Origin: Fidelibacterota bacterium
Lineage (GTDB): Bacteria; Fidelibacterota; Fidelibacteria; Fidelibacterales; Fidelibacteraceae
Reading direction: 5' to 3'
Assembly: GCA_034723415.1 (NCBI GenBank)
Contig: JAYEOX010000087.1
Coordinates: 1 to 42,606, forward strand
DNA length: 42,606 bases
A program made the translations under genes and the position numbers. Positions 40,395-42,606 of the stretch are shown piece by piece. Below the pieces are notes generated by a model, which had not been told where the DNA came from, searched no databases, and worked only from the letters and a program-made list of their open reading frames with translations. Numbering within the stretch: the stretch's first letter is position 1; each line of letters begins with the position of its first letter.

Positions 40395-42530
40395 ATGCAG
40401 AAGAAAAAGATAAAGACATTTGATGAAATTAATGATATATTTTATCCAAAGTCTATTGCGGTTGTCGGAACTAATAATGTAAAAGGTTCAGTTCCGTATG
40501 ACATTTTTGAAAATATCTTGCATGATAGATTTCAAGGAATACTTTATCCCGTAAGTCCAAGTGAAAAAAATGTTGGAAGTATTAAAGCATATAAATATGT
40601 AGTTGATATTGAAGATGATGTTGATATGGCAATATTGGTATTTCCAAGTTCAGTTGCACATCTTGCAATGGAACAAATTGGGAAAAAAGGAATAAAATCA
40701 GCAATTATTATTTCTGCAGGATTTAAAGAAGTTGGTGCTAAAGGTTTTGAAAAAGAAAGAAAAATAAAAGAGATAGCTGATAAATATGGAATATCATTTA
40801 TTGGTCCAAATTGTCTCGGTGTGATTAATACGGATCCAATGTGTCATATGGATGCTTCTTTTGCAAGAGCAATGCCGGAAGAAGGAAATATTGCATTTAT
40901 TTCTCAAAGTGGTGCTTTATGTACTGCAGTTCTTGATTATGCTAATGCTAAACATATTGGATTTTCAAAATTTGTTAGTTTTGGAAATAAAGCAGATGTT
41001 GATGAAATTGATTTACTTTATTATTTAAAAGACGATCCAAAGACAAAAGTTATCTTGATGTATCTAGAAGAAGTAACCAATGGAAAAGAATTGATGAAAG
41101 CGGCAAGAATAGTAACTGAGGAATCCGGCAAACCAATTTTGGCAATTAAATCCGGAAGGACAACCGAAGGTGCATCTGCTGCTGCTTCTCATACCGGTTC
41201 ATTAGCAGGAAGTGACGAAATAACCAATGCTGCTTTTGAGCAAGCTGGAATTATCAGGTGTGAAAATTTAGAAGAAATGTTTGATTATGCCAAAGCATTT
41301 GCATACCAACCATTACCAAAAAGTAAAAATATAGCTATAATAACTAATGCCGGTGGACCTGGTGTACTTGCCACTGACAAAGCAATAAGCAGTGGATTAT
41401 CTTTGGGTAAATTTAATGAAGACACCACAAAAATTCTTAAGAAAAGTTTACCGGCGGCTGCAAATATCAAAAATCCTGTTGATGTAATTGGTGATGCAAG
41501 AGCTGACAGATATAATGTTGCAATTAGCGCTGCAATAAAAGATAAAAATATAGATGGAGTAAATGTTATACTTACTCCACAATCAATGACTGAAATTGAA
41601 GATATTGCGAAAGATATTGTGAAAGTAGTTAAGCAATCTGATATACCAGTTTATACTTCTTTCATGGGCGAGACGGATGTAAGTGCAGGTATTAATATTT
41701 TACAACAGAATAATATTCCACATTATTTTTTGCCTGAAAATATGGTAAAGTCAATGGCTGAAACAGCGAAGTTTTTTGAGAGAATCAATAAGAAAATTGA
41801 TTTAGAAGTGAAAATATTTAATGATGTTAACAAACCTAAAGCAACAGAAATTTTGAATAAGGCAATTGCTGATAAGAAAACATACTTACCTGAAGAAGAA
41901 GCTGTAAAAGTATTGGAAGCATATAATTTTCCTGTACTTCCAAATGGCTTAGCAAATTCAAAAGATGAAGCAGGGGAGATTGCCAATAATATTAAATATC
42001 CTGTTGTTATGAAAATTATTTCTTCAGATATTGTTCATAAATTTGATACCGGTGGAGTTATTCTGAATATTCAAAATCGTGAAGAAGCAGAAAGTGCCTA
42101 TAAACAGATTCTAAAGAATGTAAAAAAAGTAACACCGGATGCAGAAATAAAAGGTGTATTTGTCCAAAAAATGGTAGAAGAAGGTCAAGAAGTTATTTTA
42201 GGACTTAAAAAAGATAATTCGTTTGGTTCTGTAATTATGTTTGGTCTTGGTGGAATATTTGTTGAAATATTTAAGGATGTAGATTTTAAAGTTGCACCAA
42301 TATCTGAAAATGAAGTTGATGATATGATCCAATCCATTCGTTCATACCCAATTTTGAAAGGTGCAAGAGGAAGTGGAAAACGCGATGTTAAATCATTAAA
42401 AGAAACAATTATGCGATTATCACAGCTCGCAATTGATTGTCCCCAAATTAAGGAGCTGGATATCAATCCATTGATTGTGAGAAATGAAGGCAAAGGTTGT
42501 TTTGTAGCTGATACAAAAATAATGCTTTAA
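40395..42530 (+). CDS. ADP-forming acetate/acyl-CoA ligase (fused alpha-beta)
   Basis: PKSIAVVG, ISAGFKE, GPNCLG, SQSGA, AASHTGSLAG, TNAGGPG, NPVD, HKFDTGGV, FGLGG, LDINP. Confidence 0.92.
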   Translation: MQKKKIKTFDEINDIFYPKSIAVVGTNNVKGSVPYDIFENILHDRFQGILYPVSPSEKNVGSIKAYKYVVDIEDDVDMAILVFPSSVAHLAMEQIGKKGIKSAIIISAGFKEVGAKGFEKERKIKEIADKYGISFIGPNCLGVINTDPMCHMDASFARAMPEEGNIAFISQSGALCTAVLDYANAKHIGFSKFVSFGNKADVDEIDLLYYLKDDPKTKVILMYLEEVTNGKELMKAARIVTEESGKPILAIKSGRTTEGASAAASHTGSLAGSDEITNAAFEQAGIIRCENLEEMFDYAKAFAYQPLPKSKNIAIITNAGGPGVLATDKAISSGLSLGKFNEDTTKILKKSLPAAANIKNPVDVIGDARADRYNVAISAAIKDKNIDGVNVILTPQSMTEIEDIAKDIVKVVKQSDIPVYTSFMGETDVSAGINILQQNNIPHYFLPENMVKSMAETAKFFERINKKIDLEVKIFNDVNKPKATEILNKAIADKKTYLPEEEAVKVLEAYNFPVLPNGLANSKDEAGEIANNIKYPVVMKIISSDIVHKFDTGGVILNIQNREEAESAYKQILKNVKKVTPDAEIKGVFVQKMVEEGQEVILGLKKDNSFGSVIMFGLGGIFVEIFKDVDFKVAPISENEVDDMIQSIRSYPILKGARGSGKRDVKSLKETIMRLSQLAIDCPQIKELDINPLIVRNEGKGCFVADTKIML

Positions 42531-42531
42531 T

Positions 42532-42598
42532 AAGAAGGTTAGAAGTTTAGAAGTTTAGGAGGTTAGAGGTTTAGGAGTTTAGAAGGTTGGAAAATTAG
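42532..42598 (+). repeat. Octamer tandem repeat (TAGRRGKT) just after the acyl-CoA ligase stop
   Basis: TAGAAGTT TAGAAGTT TAGGAGGT TAGAGGTT TAGGAGTT TAGAAGGT TGGAAAAT TAG. Confidence 0.9.
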
Positions 42599-42606
42599 CC
42601 ACGAAA

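Noticed and set aside
596..42493. Many short antisense or alternate-frame ORFs in the track (e.g. 596-820, 11450-11749, 22306-22677, 27544-27942, 34539-34955, 42185-42493)
   Set aside because: They overlap well-supported genes and have no recognisable motifs; shadow ORFs.
310..42530. Stop-codon reassignment or selenocysteine read-through
   Set aside because: Genes ending in TGA or TAG are full length for their families, and no in-frame stops were seen within conserved domains.
13808..42598. CRISPR array
   Set aside because: The repeats are 7-8-nt tandem units without spacers, and no cas genes are present.

Overview
AT-rich (roughly 30% GC by eye) bacterial chromosomal window, standard genetic code, mostly core and metabolic genes. 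The fused lpxC-fabZ and the rseP-uppS-bamA-skp-lpxD-lpxC/fabZ-lpxA order suggest a Gram-negative FCB-group anaerobe (inference). In order: a GC-rich structured non-coding element with two nested REP-like hairpins; a methylmalonyl-CoA mutase/epimerase/Na+-pumping decarboxylase operon; a TPR protein, a CHASE2 adenylate cyclase and an SH3b-M48 peptidase; an internally deleted glucosaminidase-like pseudogene; glutaredoxin, a lone groES and rpsT; a DHCR24-like FAD oxidoreductase; queD-queE-queC; an MBL hydrolase; MalY/PatB; a dipeptide epimerase; tRNA-Ser(GGA); DUF819; the envelope operon with dxr; a radical SAM fusion, RNase G/E, nitroreductase and mutL; yebC-ruvC-ruvA; ACP and an ADP-forming acyl-CoA synthetase. 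No CRISPR array, transposase or integrase was seen. The most notable signals are (i) the CHASE2 cyclase/SH3-M48 module, (ii) 7-8-nt tandem repeats built on stop codons downstream of five genes, (iii) a strong window-wide excess of CCGG, and (iv) the structured element at the left end. All calls come from motif recognition; no database searches were run.
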